A stretch of DNA of 64,000 bases from the human T2T-CHM13v2.0 reference genome, Homo sapiens. Within the stretch, counting starts at the first letter, position 1. The number at the start of each line of letters is the position of its first letter. The notes under the pieces are model-generated. The model did not search any database and was not told where the DNA came from. It saw only the letters and a program-made list of their open reading frames with translations. Below are positions 39,168 to 53,593 of this stretch, piece after piece. The stretch is from assembly GCF_009914755.1 (NCBI RefSeq), contig NC_060945.1; one strand, given 5' to 3'. Both the position numbers and the translations under genes were made by a program.

Positions 39168-42100
39168 CGTCAATTTTTTAGAAAGATAAAAATAAAGTGA
39201 GTAACTTTAGATAGAGACAAATGGCCAATACCAATCCAATGAAGATTATTTTTGGTAGTTTTAGATCTAAGATTATTTGAATCTAAATTAAACTAATAAT
39301 AAAAAAATCAATTCAACTTGGAATACTCTAGGCATTATGCTTAAAGGCTTCAAGAGTGACCCATACCAATGTATCTGAGAGGTCAAACATTTTACTTGTA
39401 TGAATAGACTAGGTGTCTCTAAGGGAAAGTGAAAGTTGGAATTAATTTGAGAAAATTGCTAGTTTCCAGAGAACAGCAACAATACTTTCAACATAAATAT
39501 TAATGAGTAGCATAAGTATGGGAAACAACCCTACTGAGTATGGGAATGGATTGAGAATCTTTCTAAATAGTAAAACAATTAGTAGTAGTCAGATTGATGA
39601 GAACAGTATATGTACAGATGTCTGTTTTCCAAGGTATTAGACTGATATTAGCAAAATATCCATTCTTAAGAACAGCTTACTCCTTTGAAACATGGCATTT
39701 TGAGAACTGTCATCCTATACTTGGAAGATGCTAATGTTTTAGCATCTTGGCAATGCTTGACATTCTTGAGGAAATTTTAAATTATATTATTTTCCAGTAT
39801 TGGAAATTAAAGGTAGATCCGTGTGCTTTGATAATTAATTTAAGAGAGGTTAGGACTGGCAATTTCTAATGAAATTTTAAATCTTCAATTAGGGCAGAAC
39901 CAAATAAAATGTGATAACACAGAAATGTGTCTTAAAATGATCCACAGGGTAGGTCAAAATTTTTCTCAGGAAACAGTGTTCCATTGCAGAGAAATGTGTG
40001 TGAAAATTTTTAAATATTATGTGATTCCTTAGAGCATAGCTTCTCTTATATTAGCCAAATTGGTCATAAGGGGGCTGAAATCAATTACAAACCATAGTGA
40101 TTTTATTTTGAGGTCATTTTAATCCTGTTAGAGTAAAACTTTGTTACCTGAATAGAGATGTATATTCACATAGTATTTATTATCTATACAGAGAGCTGGA
40201 GTGAGAAGTAATGAATCTCATTTATATAGAAACATATCAAATTGCACATATTCACAATAAATTCTTGATTTATCTGATTTAAGATTTTTATAGAATCTGT
40301 CAACATAGTACTCATTACTTCCTTATTTCTTATAATATTTTATAGCCATTAATCTTTTTTTAGAAAAAAATATTAAGGTAAACTTACCTCTTTGCCCATA
40401 ATAGGTGCTATCCATCTCACCATCCTAAATTAATGTATATTAATAGTTTATATTATTTCTAACTCTTTTATAATTATAATATTTAAAATGAAGTTAATTT
40501 TTTAAGAATATTGCTCTTAGGCTAAGTTGAAAATTATTTTATGTACTACACATAAATGGCACTGAAAAATCAATTTTTTGAAGGGAGAGAGATAAAGAAA
40601 TTCAACTAAATTTAAACTATCTTCAACATTTTCCATATTTGTATTCAATCGCAAGTAGGTTAATCACTTGCTTAGGCTGTGAATGACTTGCCTTCTACTT
40701 TCTCAGGTTCTTAGAATGTGAAAATAATACGGTATTTGTTTCTTCTATGGTAGACAAGCATATATACTTAATGATTTGTTTTGTTTACTTTATTTTAGAC
40801 AGAAAGTTTTAAAAATGTATAATTGGTATTAAAGTGAGTAAATTCTACTTTTACTGAAAGTTTATTTCTCATTCTAACATTTTACCTATGTATATAATAC
40901 ATTGAAATTTGGTTTAAAATGTCACTATGAAGTCCAGTCATAAAATTATAAATAGGCACCTAATTAAATACGATTCTAAACTCAATGAATACCCTTTTAT
41001 CTAGAAAAGATATCATGAAATGAACTTTGAATTAATAACAAAGTATAGCAAAAATAAAATCAACTTATTCTAATTATGGGTGGCCTTTGGTTTACTTAAC
41101 TAAGCATATGCATCAAATACAGTATCAATATACTTAGCCTTTGGTGACAGTGGCAGGTTCAAAGTATTTGGGGGCAATTCTTCCTTCTAATGTGTTATTG
41201 GTCATGACGGTGCAGCCATGTATCTGTAATAAGGATTGACAGAGTAGGAAGGGAACAAACTTATAATAAAAGAAGAATTGGATAAAGTTAACTGTGAAAA
41301 TATGCTAACAGAATAAGCATCAATTAGTGTAGAGAAGTAAAACCTTGGGGGAGATGAATTATATTTTATGACCACTGATAATGGATTCTGAGTAAATAGG
41401 TTTACATTTCACTGGGGAAGGTTATTGTAAATTGAAAAGATGCAGCAGAAATGCAGTTATATAGGAAGAAGAGGGAAAATCATTTAATCCGATGAGTGTT
41501 TTTATGAGAAATTTTGACTCATATAATAATTATTCAGTATAAGTGGTGAAATATTATAATACATATTTGGAATTTGAAAACTGGTAACAAGTGTATCAGG
41601 ATAAAATTGAAAATTATGATATATGGCCTTTTTGCATCTAAACTTTCAGTAGTAATTGATTTAATTTTGTTATTTAGAGCATTAGAGAAAAAAATTATTT
41701 CCTAAGGTCTACCAATATATACACAAACTCCTTCTTTTCATTGATATAACAAATATATATGCATAACCTGTCATATTAAATTTCATTCCTGCTTTATGAT
41801 GGGCATTATAAAATGAGTTAACTGATTAGCAATTTCCTTTCTTATAATGCTTTCAGAAAACATAAACCTGATACTGCAATTGACAAACTCACCAAATCCC
41901 ACTCTTCCTCTTCCCTTAGAAGAAAAACGCCAGAGCAGGTGCTACATTATGATCATCAGAAAGCCATTCTGTTTAACATGAATAATGTCATTCAGAGGGT
42001 TAGCCATCTGTTTGCTGAGTGTTTTTCAGACTTACACCCACAGCAGCACAAAAGCAATGCATGTGGGTGCCATAATCATGGATCTTCCAAAAAGCTTTTG

Positions 42101-42731
42101 TCTCTTGTAAAAATGAAGTGAGATTATTTTAAGAACTAAGTTATATTAGAAATGCAGGCACTTAAATGCTGTCTTTTTTGTTGCTTTGTGAAAGATTCCA
42201 GATATGTAAATTAAATACTGTTTGGGTTTCTGTGTGTAATTTATGAGCTTAAAAAGGAGATCTGAGCAAATTAATTATAGTTGAAAAATGTGCATCACTG
42301 AGACAAATGCAGTTGGTTGTGCTTATATTTCTTGGACTTTATATCCCATTTTAAAGTGTAATTTTTTTCAGAATATTTATATTGTATTTTTACTTTGTAT
42401 TCCATGTAAGAAAACTAAGCAAAGAATTTCCTTTCCAAATACAGTAAGCAAACATTGTTCATTAAATATTTTCCCAGAAAATAAAGCATAAGGGAAACTG
42501 AACGAAGAGTTAAGTGAAATCAAGATTTTCTTTGATGTTTCTCACTCTATTGCCATTCAAATGTTAATTATAGAATTATCTTTAGTTACAGTCCACTATT
42601 TTATCACTACAGCATAGTGATGTTCCCTCCAGGATTAATTCAGGAAACTCCTAAAAAACGAATTAACATAAAATAATATTTGAAAAAAAAACCTGTATAA
42701 CTTCAGTAAGCACATCATTAAAAACCTTAAA

Positions 42732-42794
42732 TGTGTGTGTATATATATATATAAATGTATGCATGTATGTATATCTATATATAGACATATATAG
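42732..42794. repeat. (TG)/(TA) microsatellite
   Basis: tgtgtgtgtatatatatatata... Confidence 0.8.
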
Positions 42795-44089
42795 CATAAT
42801 TCTTCATGTTACTTTAGCCACAATCATTATATATTTCTGAAGAAAAAAACTCTCTTCCTCAAACATGATTGCCATTGTATTTAGGAAATGAGTGATAAAA
42901 ATGTTCAATCTATTTTGATGAAATCCAAACTTATATTAGGCATTGAAATATTTGACAATTAGTTTTGAATATATTTGAAAGTTTAGAAAGTGTTTTGAGC
43001 AATTTGAATCTATCCAATGCATTTTTAAAATATTTTTAAAACAATATGATACAATATCAAGGAAATTTCCTTGTAAATTAATAAATCATATACATTAAAT
43101 TCAGTAACTGTTGGACAGATAAGCATAAAAATATACAGAATTTCCTGATACTATGATCTACTAGAACCTCATTTTAATACATAAATTTTAAAAAAAACTA
43201 TTTAAAATCACTTTATATCTACCTGCCTAGATCTAGTAAAAGAGTAACTTCAGGAAGTTCAAGTGCTTGCTTAGGACATTTGGAACCCCAGCATCACAGC
43301 AATCATTGAATATGTATGAGTTAGTGTTTACCGGTGTTAGCGACACTCTGCTTATGGGAAATGTAGAGATGCATCAAGGGAAATGTACATAGAAAAGACA
43401 CGGTCGTGTTTCGAGACTCTTAAAGGACTACAGGCAAGGAGGAGAAACCCATTCTACAGGCATTTCAAAGTATGCTAATACATAGAGAGTTTTTGAATGA
43501 ATCTAATCTACGTGAGTCCAATCCACTATTTCTAGTCTGCAAAACCTAATTTGACCTTGATTAGTGGAAATGAAGGCTTAAAAATGACAGAAAATCAGCA
43601 CCTGTTAAGTGATGATGTACATAGAAATTTTAACTTCCAAGAAGGATATTGATGGGTTTTTATTCTATACCATAAGCTGAGTGAAAAGAAGAGAAAAAGT
43701 GGGTCAGAACTAGAGGTTTGAAGGTCACTGGAAACATGATGAAGGCTTGTATATATTTACAGGCATGGAAGAAAAAAATCAAAACAAAATTTGTGTTTTC
43801 TGTTTTTGGAAAATGATCACTTTATATGGTGAGAGCATAGGAGGTTACCACTTTCAGTTACCCAAGACTGAGATGTTCTTTCTGAATGCAATGATCTGTT
43901 CACTTAGGGGACTAGTATGATGCTGATAAAGGGAGCAATTAATATTATTTTAAAATTATAGAATATATGTAAAACAAAGTTTTAGGAAATGATAAGTCTC
44001 AAATTTTGATAACAGCTTTCTTGATTACCCCATGTAAAGTTATTCCTTCAATGTTCTTGTATAGACCTTTATTATAATAGTAACCATGT

Positions 44090-44245
44090 TGATTCCCATT
44101 TATTTATATTTTACATTTCTGATTTCTCTTATTAGGTTATCTGTTCTCTGAAATCAGAACATATTTTATTTCTTCTTCATATTCCCAGCACCTAGCACAC
44201 AATCTACTATATAATATGCACAATAATATTTATTAAATAGATGAG
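44090..44245 (+). mobile_element. L2 3' end
   Basis: cccagcacctagcacac...aataatattttattaaatagatga. Confidence 0.55.
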
Positions 44246-44922
44246 TAACAATAAAACTATTCTAAGTTACATATATTGATACTGTGCATATTGATTTTGA
44301 TTAATTTAGAAGTCATCTAAAAGTTATGTTATTTCCCTTACTCTGAGAAACAAACATCATTTCAAATAAAATAGTGTTGTACTGATCTTGAGAAGAAAGT
44401 CCATGACTAAATAAATAGATGTGGTAATTGGTTTCTTAAAACATATATTTTGTCAAAATTCAAAGTCAAGTGAATGAGAAATCTGAAGTTTACAATATAT
44501 GTGTGTCTTATAAATACATAACTCAATAATCAAAATAATTCATTAGGGGATTGCTACATTTGAACTGGTGGCACAAGGCTATTATTCTCCTAATGATTCT
44601 ATGAAGTTTAGTAGAAAAATTGAATTTCCTTAATTATATTTATGATCTCCATCTTACATGTTAATTTTATCATTACAATAGCAAACATTCCTTTCAATTT
44701 TAGCCAGAGTAATTTTAACCCGAATCAACTATGCCCTATTAGATTTCTGATTCTGAAGATGGAGAATGAGCTAGGTTGTTTACAGGGACTCAAAAGGAAG
44801 GAATTTTAATACAGAATAACTATAGAAAAGAGAAAATGTGGATGTACAATTGGAAGTATTGGTCATAAGGATGAATTATAGTGGTTGCCTATTTTACAGA
44901 GATTTTAACATACATTACCACT

Positions 44923-45250
44923 TTATATAGACAACGTTTGTGTCCCCCTAAAATTCATATGTTGAAATTCTAACCCCAAATCTGTCTGTTTTATAAGGTA
45001 GGGACTTTTGCAGGGGATTAGGTCATGGACTCAGAGTCCTCATGAATAGAATGAGTACCCTCATAAAAGGAATGATAAATTACCTAACTGGTATAAGGAA
45101 CATTACTCAGGAGATGGTTATACTGAAAGCCCAGGTTTCACCAGTATGCAACATACCCATATAGCAAAATGTCATGTGTATCCCTTAAAATTATACAAAT
45201 ACAAAATAAAGATAAGTAAAAACAAAAATAAAAGAGACCCCAGAGATTGA
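44923..45250 (+). mobile_element. MLT1A-like LTR 5' fragment interrupted by an L1MA 3' end (45070-45227)
   Basis: tgtccccctaaaattcatatgttgaa...ataaaag | L1MA 3'UTR (aaagcccaggtttcaccagtatgcaacatacccat) | ataaaagagaccccagag; TSD ataaaag. Confidence 0.8.
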
Positions 45251-45717
45251 GCCTCAGCACTTTTTCTAAGTGCTCTGTATATGTTAAGTCATCTGCTTCT
45301 TACACCTACCCTGAGAGTCCAGTTTACAATTTTATCTCCATTTTGCGAATTAGGAGTAGAAGCAAAGATACACACTGACTAATAGGTAAGAATGGGAATT
45401 AGGACATATAATTTCTGGTTGTAAAATATTCCCTTTAATCATTATTCTAAATTGTCCCTCAATAGCAAGGGGAAGCATCAAAGTTAGCATGTAAAATAAA
45501 ATAAAAGGAACCAGTAGAGTCAGTTGAAAATGTACAGGTCTGTTTGACCTTGTAGAGAGAGAAACAAGGAGAAAAGATTACCAGAGATGTGCAATAGTTT
45601 GAAATCTTATAAACAGTGGGATTTCCAGAACAAAAAAGGCAGATGCTGGCTTACTTAGTGCTCATTCATTCACAGCTATGAGGTGTCCTCTGGGAGATAG
45701 GCCTTAGATTGGACCTA

Positions 45718-46222
<505 letters not shown>

Positions 46223-46329
46223 CAAATAAGAGCAAGAGAAATCACAGAGACTTGGATTTGTCTGGTGCCATAACTTAATTGCACTTTGAGTGTCTTCCCT
46301 GTAGAATGCGTGAGCATACTTGCACACAG

Positions 46330-46745
46330 AACAGTGTGCATCGAAAATTTCTGACAAGCAGAGTTGGCTGTATAAGACTGAATTATCATTTGAAAATACC
46401 TGCCCCCTTTCCTGAAGAAGTATTCCATCTTGACTCTGCTCACATGGGACTTGTCCTGTAGCTTGCTTTGGCCAGCAAATAGAGAGCAGGAATACTACAT
46501 ATCACCTCTGCACAAAAGCTTTATAAGCAAGTACATTGTTTGACATTATTTATTTTCTTCTGCCACGGTGAGTGGCAAGGTCCAATTAAAGGTGGCTCCA
46601 TCCAGCTGAGTTTAGGATAAAGCACTATATGGGACAAAGCTACCCTAGAGTCACTATGAACACATGATTTTCATAAGAAATAAACCCTGGTTTATTAAGC
46701 CTCTGAGGTTTGGGAGGGATTATCACAGAGTAGCATAGCCTATCC
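46330..46745 (+). mobile_element. Old MLT1 (H/I/J-like) LTR
   Basis: cttgctttggccagcaaat...aagaaataaaccctgg...taagcctctgaggtttgg...agcatagcctatcct. Confidence 0.55.
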
Positions 46746-46748
46746 TTT

Positions 46749-47523
46749 TGCAGTAACTTTATACTGTGTCAACTTAACAATGCTGGAAATAGACACACAC
46801 ACACACACACACACACACATATTTTTTGAGACAGGGTCTCACTCTGTTACCCAGGCGGGAGTATAGTAGTGTGATCTCAGCTTAATGCAGCCTCCATACC
46901 CTGGGCTCAAGAGGTCCTCCTACCTCCACCTCCTGAGTAGCTGAGACTACAGCCATGTGGCACCGTGTCTGGCTAATTTTTGTATTTTTGTTAGAGATGG
47001 GTTTTCACCATGTTGCCCAGGCTGGTCTTGAAATCCTGAACTCAAGTGTTCTGCTCATCTAGGCCTCCCACAGTGCTGGGATTACAGGGGTGCGCCACTG
47101 CACCCTGCTGAACTGTATTTATTAGTACACTTTTTCATACATGATTCTGAGTTAGAATTGGACAAAAGAGAAACTTGCATGAGTTGTGGAGACAGAAGGA
47201 AAGTAGCAGCTGGCATTGTCTAATGGCAAGAGGGAGGCACTAGGCACTGTTGCTACCTGCATTAGAGAGCTTCAGGGTAAACATAGAGTAGTTAAAAGTC
47301 TGACTTGCCCTTGTGAATTCTAATTTGTGCTCATGTGTTTCAGTTTTTCCTTTCTGTCTCTCACTATATACCTGGTGTTCCCAACCTTAGGTTCATAACT
47401 AGAATTGCATAGACTTTTTCACTAGTTATCACAATTGTTGAGTCTAATCACCATAATAAATCCATTATTCTATACTACTCTATACAGATTTATTGTCTTT
47501 CTGATTGAACCCTAATTTATAAA
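46749..47523 (+). mobile_element. Old ERVL LTR interrupted by an AluJ
   Basis: Starts ...tgtgtcaactt; ends ataataaatcc...ttctgattgaaccctaatttata. Confidence 0.5.
46793..47109 (-). mobile_element. AluJ with (CA)n-converted tail
   Basis: (AC)n, then tttttgagacagggtctcactctg...gggtgcgccactgcaccctg. Confidence 0.92.
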
Positions 47524-47539
47524 CCAGTTAGAGCCTCTT

Positions 47540-47750
47540 TAGTCGTAACTACCATATGTTATTTGTAAAAGGCTTTGCATTCATTATTTATAAACCTTAC
47601 AATAATTCTTCAGGACAGGCATTACTATTTGTAATTTAGAGATGATAAATCTGGAAAAAGAAACATTGCTTTCCAAAGGTAAAAGAGCTAGTGAGCTGTA
47701 GAGCTTGCATTTGAACCCATGTTTTGATGATGTTTTTTACCTATGTCACC
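47540..47750 (-). mobile_element. MIR
   Basis: ccttacaataattctt...agagatgataaatctg...ccaaaggtaaaagagctagtgag...atttgaaccca. Confidence 0.55.
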
Positions 47751-50700
47751 ATTCTCATTACAAAAACCTTATTCATTATATATGTGATACTTTGCCGATA
47801 TACAGCATTTCCATTTGGAAGAAGTCATTTTGCACATTTTTACTGCCAACTTAAAACCATTTTTTGAAGTATGGAATGTAGAAGTGAGCTTGTAGGAGCA
47901 AAACTGTGCACCCATTTTAGAGGCCAAATAATGACAGGAGAGAATATGACCCAAAGAATATTACTTTGCATGCTGCAGTGCACTTACACACAGTAATGAA
48001 GGCTTTAATATCAGCAGGAGAGAGGAAAGTGACAATGAACATTAAAGCTGAACTCCTGCATTCTCTCTCAATGGAGCATGAAATAAGGCATGTCATCATG
48101 TCAGCGTATGCTAGGAAGGATTTGCTTAGACCCCGGTCCTTTTAGTATGGTAAGTCAGCTTCATGGTGAGTCAGATTCTCCAACATTGTGACTTTTTCAG
48201 ACCTTCTCATTTCTTCCCCTATTCAATCTTCTGCCTTCGCAGATTGACTGTGATACTAAATTGCTATCTTGTCAGGAGTATGTAGAAGACTTTCAAGTTT
48301 CTAATATAGTGGTGAAGTTTCATGAAAGGCAGATTATTATAGTGTTGCAAAAATATCATTTTGTAAGAGAGAAAAGATATTAAACCATGTTAAAAATGCA
48401 TCTTCATCTGCGCTGCTCTTCTCTAACCACGCCATATTAAATAGCATTATTATGTTAATATTCATCCTAAATTTGACTTCATATTGTGGTAACAACACTG
48501 ACTAAAAACTGCTAAAAATGATCATTTCCAAAGTACCTGATGTATATTTTATTTGTAGTAAGATTGTTACCAAGTCAGGTTAAGATACTTGAGCTTTCTA
48601 GGCCTCACTAGAAAGTGAGATTATCTAGATTATCTAGATCTGGATAATTTCAGATCTACATTCCAAGATTTACATTTTATGACCTTATTTTTCCAGCCTT
48701 TGTCTTAGTCCTTGCATAATTATTTAGCCCCTTAAAGGTCTTATGCTATGTTAATAATAGAGAAAGTATCATTTTATTTTCATTGTTTTAAGATTTCACA
48801 AATGTTGTATCTGAACAAATTAGCATAAATTCTAAGAAAGCTTATTGCAGATGAAGTTCTATTAAAAAGCAATCATTATCAAAGAAATACAATGTTTGAA
48901 GTTGAAGTATTAAAGGATTCCATGTTATTCTTTTATATTCAGCTGGCTAAATTGTTATTTCTATTCCACAGGTCTTTAAAAAACATTTTAAGGCATATTT
49001 TAATATTAAGACTTTATGCCAATTTCAGCCAACTTGGAATGTAGTCTAAATATAGGTAGAACAAGTAAAGACAGGAGAAGAGTATAAATAGGGTCTTAGA
49101 GTCTAAAATGTATATGGTTATGTTCAAGAGACAATGAAGAGATAGTTTCTCATATACAGTAGACTTCAGAACCTAATATTATTCTTCACAAAACATCAAA
49201 ATCACATGATGTTAATAAGGTGTCTTGATGGGAAGAAAAATGTTCTATGTAAGCTTATGAAATGTCCTTATTCGCATATCTATCTCACAGGTTTACAACA
49301 AACTTCAATAAAATTTCTAAGGGTATCCGCTCTAAAGAAATTTGCCTAATTTGTTTAATTACTATGATTTGCATTTGGAACCAGATTATATTGTTGACCA
49401 TATAATGCCATTTTATACCAAAAAATTAAATATACTTGGTGTCAATGGATTCATCACTATGTATAAAGCTTATTTGTGTAATAAGTCAAATAAGTAAAGA
49501 ATTATTTGAATTGTGCTTGTGTAACATTCTTATGTTAAATGCATTTTGTTTCTTTAAAAGTTCCATCCTTGAACTGCACTTTGCTTTCTTATCTAATCTA
49601 TAAATAATTAAGTTAAATAACCTAAATGATTCTCCCATTTAAGCATAGCTATTTGACAGATTTTCTTAAAAAACATCAAATATATATTACGTTTGAGGCA
49701 TATAATCCCGTAAGTGGTGGAAATATCAAGCATTTACTAAAATTAAATACCAATGGCAATTATTTTTAAACTTCTCTAAGGACCAACAAAACAAAACCTA
49801 ACAAAAAAATCTACAAACTTAATTTTGAGCCTCAGTTCAAGGTATACATTGGCGGTAGTGAGATGAACATTGATTTAGGGTATGCTGTAGAGATGGTGTT
49901 TAGTGTTTTACTGCTCACCAATTATGACAAATGCATTCTTCTTTTCTGATTTCTGAAAAAGTACATTGCTAGATATTGAATGCCTGTTTTTTTGCCTTTC
50001 AACCATACTGGAAAATGAAGTATAAAAGAACCAGAAAAGCCTGTTTCTCTTGATACTGCTTTTAAAATTTTATTTTATTTTGAGAATTCAGTGAGTACCC
50101 CAAATAGATAGAACACATCAGAAATGTAATAAATATGTCTTTGTTGAGAACAGCTTCACTGACTAGATATTTCCCCTTTTTTTAAAAAAAGTCTATTTTA
50201 TGCTACTGAATCTTTAAAATTAATAAAATACATTTCTTCATTAAGTTAGAACATTGAACATTGTCACTGAACTCATAATTCTGCATGAAATTAAATAAAA
50301 GCATGGACGTATAGAAACGCATTTCTCTGAACCCAGCTGTTTACTTGAAAGAAAGAAAATGGATCATATAACTTTCTTATCTAGTACTTACAAGGATTAA
50401 TTCTCTTTTAAAGGTATCCCAATATTTATATTTATAACAGACTCAAACATCCTGAAATAGAGCTATTCAAACAATCATGAATTCATGATTACTTAGTACA
50501 AACAAATAATTGAAGGATAATATGTATTGAAGGATATATGACATTTTTCCATACTTTTTTCCCCCACAGTTGAGTATCCAATGCTTAAGAAATATATATT
50601 TTCTGAAAGTGACCTGAATGTTTGTGTTTAGACTTGATCATTTCTAGTTTTACTTTGATTTGTTTGTTGGAGTTCAAATATGCACTATTCTAGATTTACA

Positions 50701-52049
50701 GTAAGTAGATCTTTCCTTTTTAATGAAATGAAAAATAATTCCCGTTCATATTACTATTTGTTTTTAGATATGGTCAAAACTCTTTGACACTTTTAAAATA
50801 TTGCCTTAAAATAAAAGAAAGAGACTTAAAAGCTGTGTTTCAAAGTATCCAAACTTCAGATAGTAGCTTACTAAATTTTGTTTCACCATAAGAGTTATAA
50901 TTGAATAGCTAATGTGATTTTTTATAACCAGATTGCAGATATACAGCATTGGAGTGATAAGGGCCAGATGCTATCTGAACAGCAGGTCTTCAGTGAGAAA
51001 AATTAGCTCAGCTTCTGTGGTCTTTGTTTTTCAGTCAGAACACATTCACATCACAGCTGGGATTCATACTGGTCTGCTTGTTTCTGGTAGTCTTCCTGCC
51101 CTTTCTACTTTAAAGAGAGAAACATATTGACCAGAAACCAACATGCTTACAGGGGTTTGACCTTTAAAAGAGAATGAAACCTTGTAAGCACTGGATAAGA
51201 AAGTTATATGATCCGTTTTCGTTCTTTCAAGTAAACAGCTGGGTTCAGAGAAATGTATTTCTATACGTCAAGCAGCACTTAGGACTCATTTTGGACCTCA
51301 AAAGTAAATCATAACATTTTGATATGTTGAAGGACCTTGGACAATTACCTAAAACTTAAAATAAATTACTAACTCTTTTATTAGGAAAAATACTTAACAA
51401 TCTTTGGATTCGCCGTTTAAGACAAACTTTCTCCTCTACTTTTCAATTTAAGAATATAAAGACTTGATTGCAGTAACAAAGTTAGGAAAATGTGAATACA
51501 TATTATACCTCCAAGTATGAAAACTCAAGTGAAATCAGTGAACAAAATAGTTTGGTCCATGCTTTTATTTAATTTCGTACAGAATTATGAGTTCAGTGAC
51601 AATGTTCAATGTTCTAACTTAATGAAGAAATGTATTTTATTAATTTTAAAGATTCAGTAGCATAAAATAGACTTTTTAAAAACTAAAGAGGAAATTACTT
51701 ATCTAGTCAGTGAAGCTGTTCTATATGATCATTGGATATATTTGCTATATAGACTCAAATTAAATTTCTTTGGAAATATTTGAATATAGTCTTCCCATAT
51801 CAGAACATAAAAGTGCTAAATTCATTCTAATAACTGTGTATTATTATGTAAAGAGATTATTGTAAATCCTTTTTTCACTTACAGTAAATGTCTGGAAATG
51901 TCTGTCTTCTTTTCTGTTTCAGTGCTTATTATCATCTTCAAATACCAGTAACTTTCAACGAAGGACATATATCCCCTCCGTGTTGAAGCATGATTCCCAA
52001 TGTTGGAAGACATTCTTGGGATTTTAACACAAAACTGTATTTTAAACCC

Positions 52050-52480
52050 ATACCTAAGTGGAATCTACTTTTGCCTTTGTCCTGTTGTGCTACAATTTGT
52101 TACTTCCAATTCCTTCCTCTACAACAGCTAGAATGACATTTTAATGAGGGTGATTTTGATCACATCACATTTTTGTTACTATCTTCTATTTTTTTTTTTA
52201 AATATCCAAAATCTGTAAGCGGCTCTACTATGTCCCGAAGAAAACTATCTTTGCACACCATCCTCCTTTACTCCCAGAATAACAATCATGCCAGAATGTC
52301 ATTTTTTTTCCTTAAAATTTTTCATAGTCCCATTTGGCTTATGGCTTTTTCACATGATTTTTTTCCTCCCTGAAACTCTGTTAAAAAAACATTTTATTTG
52401 CCCAAGAGCTACTTGATTTCCCTCAGTTTAAATGCTATTTCCTCCAAAAAGGCTTTGATCCTCACTTCAGTGACTATATG
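52050..52480 (+). mobile_element. L2 fragment
   Basis: acaacagctagaatgacatttt...gatcacatcac; ctcagtttaaatgctatttcctcc. Confidence 0.5.
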
Positions 52481-52899
52481 AAAGCATGAATATTTCTTCA
52501 AAACCATTTCAGTTTTCTTGTATTTGGGGCACATGGTGAGATTATAGTATTCTGTCTTAAAGAGTATAGGCATCATCATGAAGCTTACTGAGATTTTAGA
52601 CTTTTACTTCTTACCTGGAATTATTATTTAATTTTATTCAGTTTCACAAGCAAAGATTTGATCACCACTAGATTCACCTCCCTAATAAGTTTTACTATCA
52701 TATTATGGCACAATAATTTTTATTATGGCATGATAATTTTTACTTATTGGGTAATTGCTTGTGATATTTGCAGAATGCTGATGTCCAAAATCATCATGTT
52801 TTGCAGAGTCCAATAAAATATGGTAGATTGGGTATAAGAGGACACAAAATTGCACAGATTCTGAAAGTTGGGTATCTGTCCAATGAAACGGAGTTACTA

Positions 52900-53593
52900 C
52901 CAGATAGAATCTAGCTTCCTAGTATACCAGCCTCTCTACCAACAACTGGTCAAAAATATACAAATGTTTAGAGGCTTACATTTGAATTAATCACTAGCAT
53001 TAGAAAACCGATGATTGCCTGTAATAATAAATTAACCTGTAAAAGCATCTCTAAGGAAAGCGTAGTCAGTGAAGAGAGTAAGAGAAATAAATAAGCATCT
53101 ATGTCTACTGAGATAGCTAATTATTATACTTATGGGAGAAAGACATTAAAGCAGCTGGCCTATAATCTATTAGCATCCTTGAAATTAGCATCCCTGAAAT
53201 TACTGGTAAAGATCTCTGTTTAGTGTAATTTTGATTTACTGATCTGATTCATTGTGTCAGCTGAGCTCTCATGAAGGAATAAAAGGTTTATAAAATGAGA
53301 AAAACATTTTAATGGTAATTTACACCATGATGACTTAAAATAATGAAAAATTTGGAGGATAAAATTGTTAAAATCTCTAAGAAAATAGAAAAACATAAAA
53401 ATAAGAGATAACAAGTAAAATTAGAGGATTAATACAAGAAGTGTAAAACCTTCCTGGAGATACTTTCTGTACTTCTACTTCCAGTAGAAGTAGATAAGGA
53501 GAAACAACAGACAAAAGAGAAGGAATTATCAAAGAAATACTGTATTAAAATTTCAGAACAGAACACATGTATCATCAAATTAAAAGGAGCCCT
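52900..53593 (+). mobile_element. Old L1M ORF1-region fragment
   Basis: A-rich sense L1 text (attagaggattaat...aattatcaaagaaata...aaattaaaaggagccc). Confidence 0.5.
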
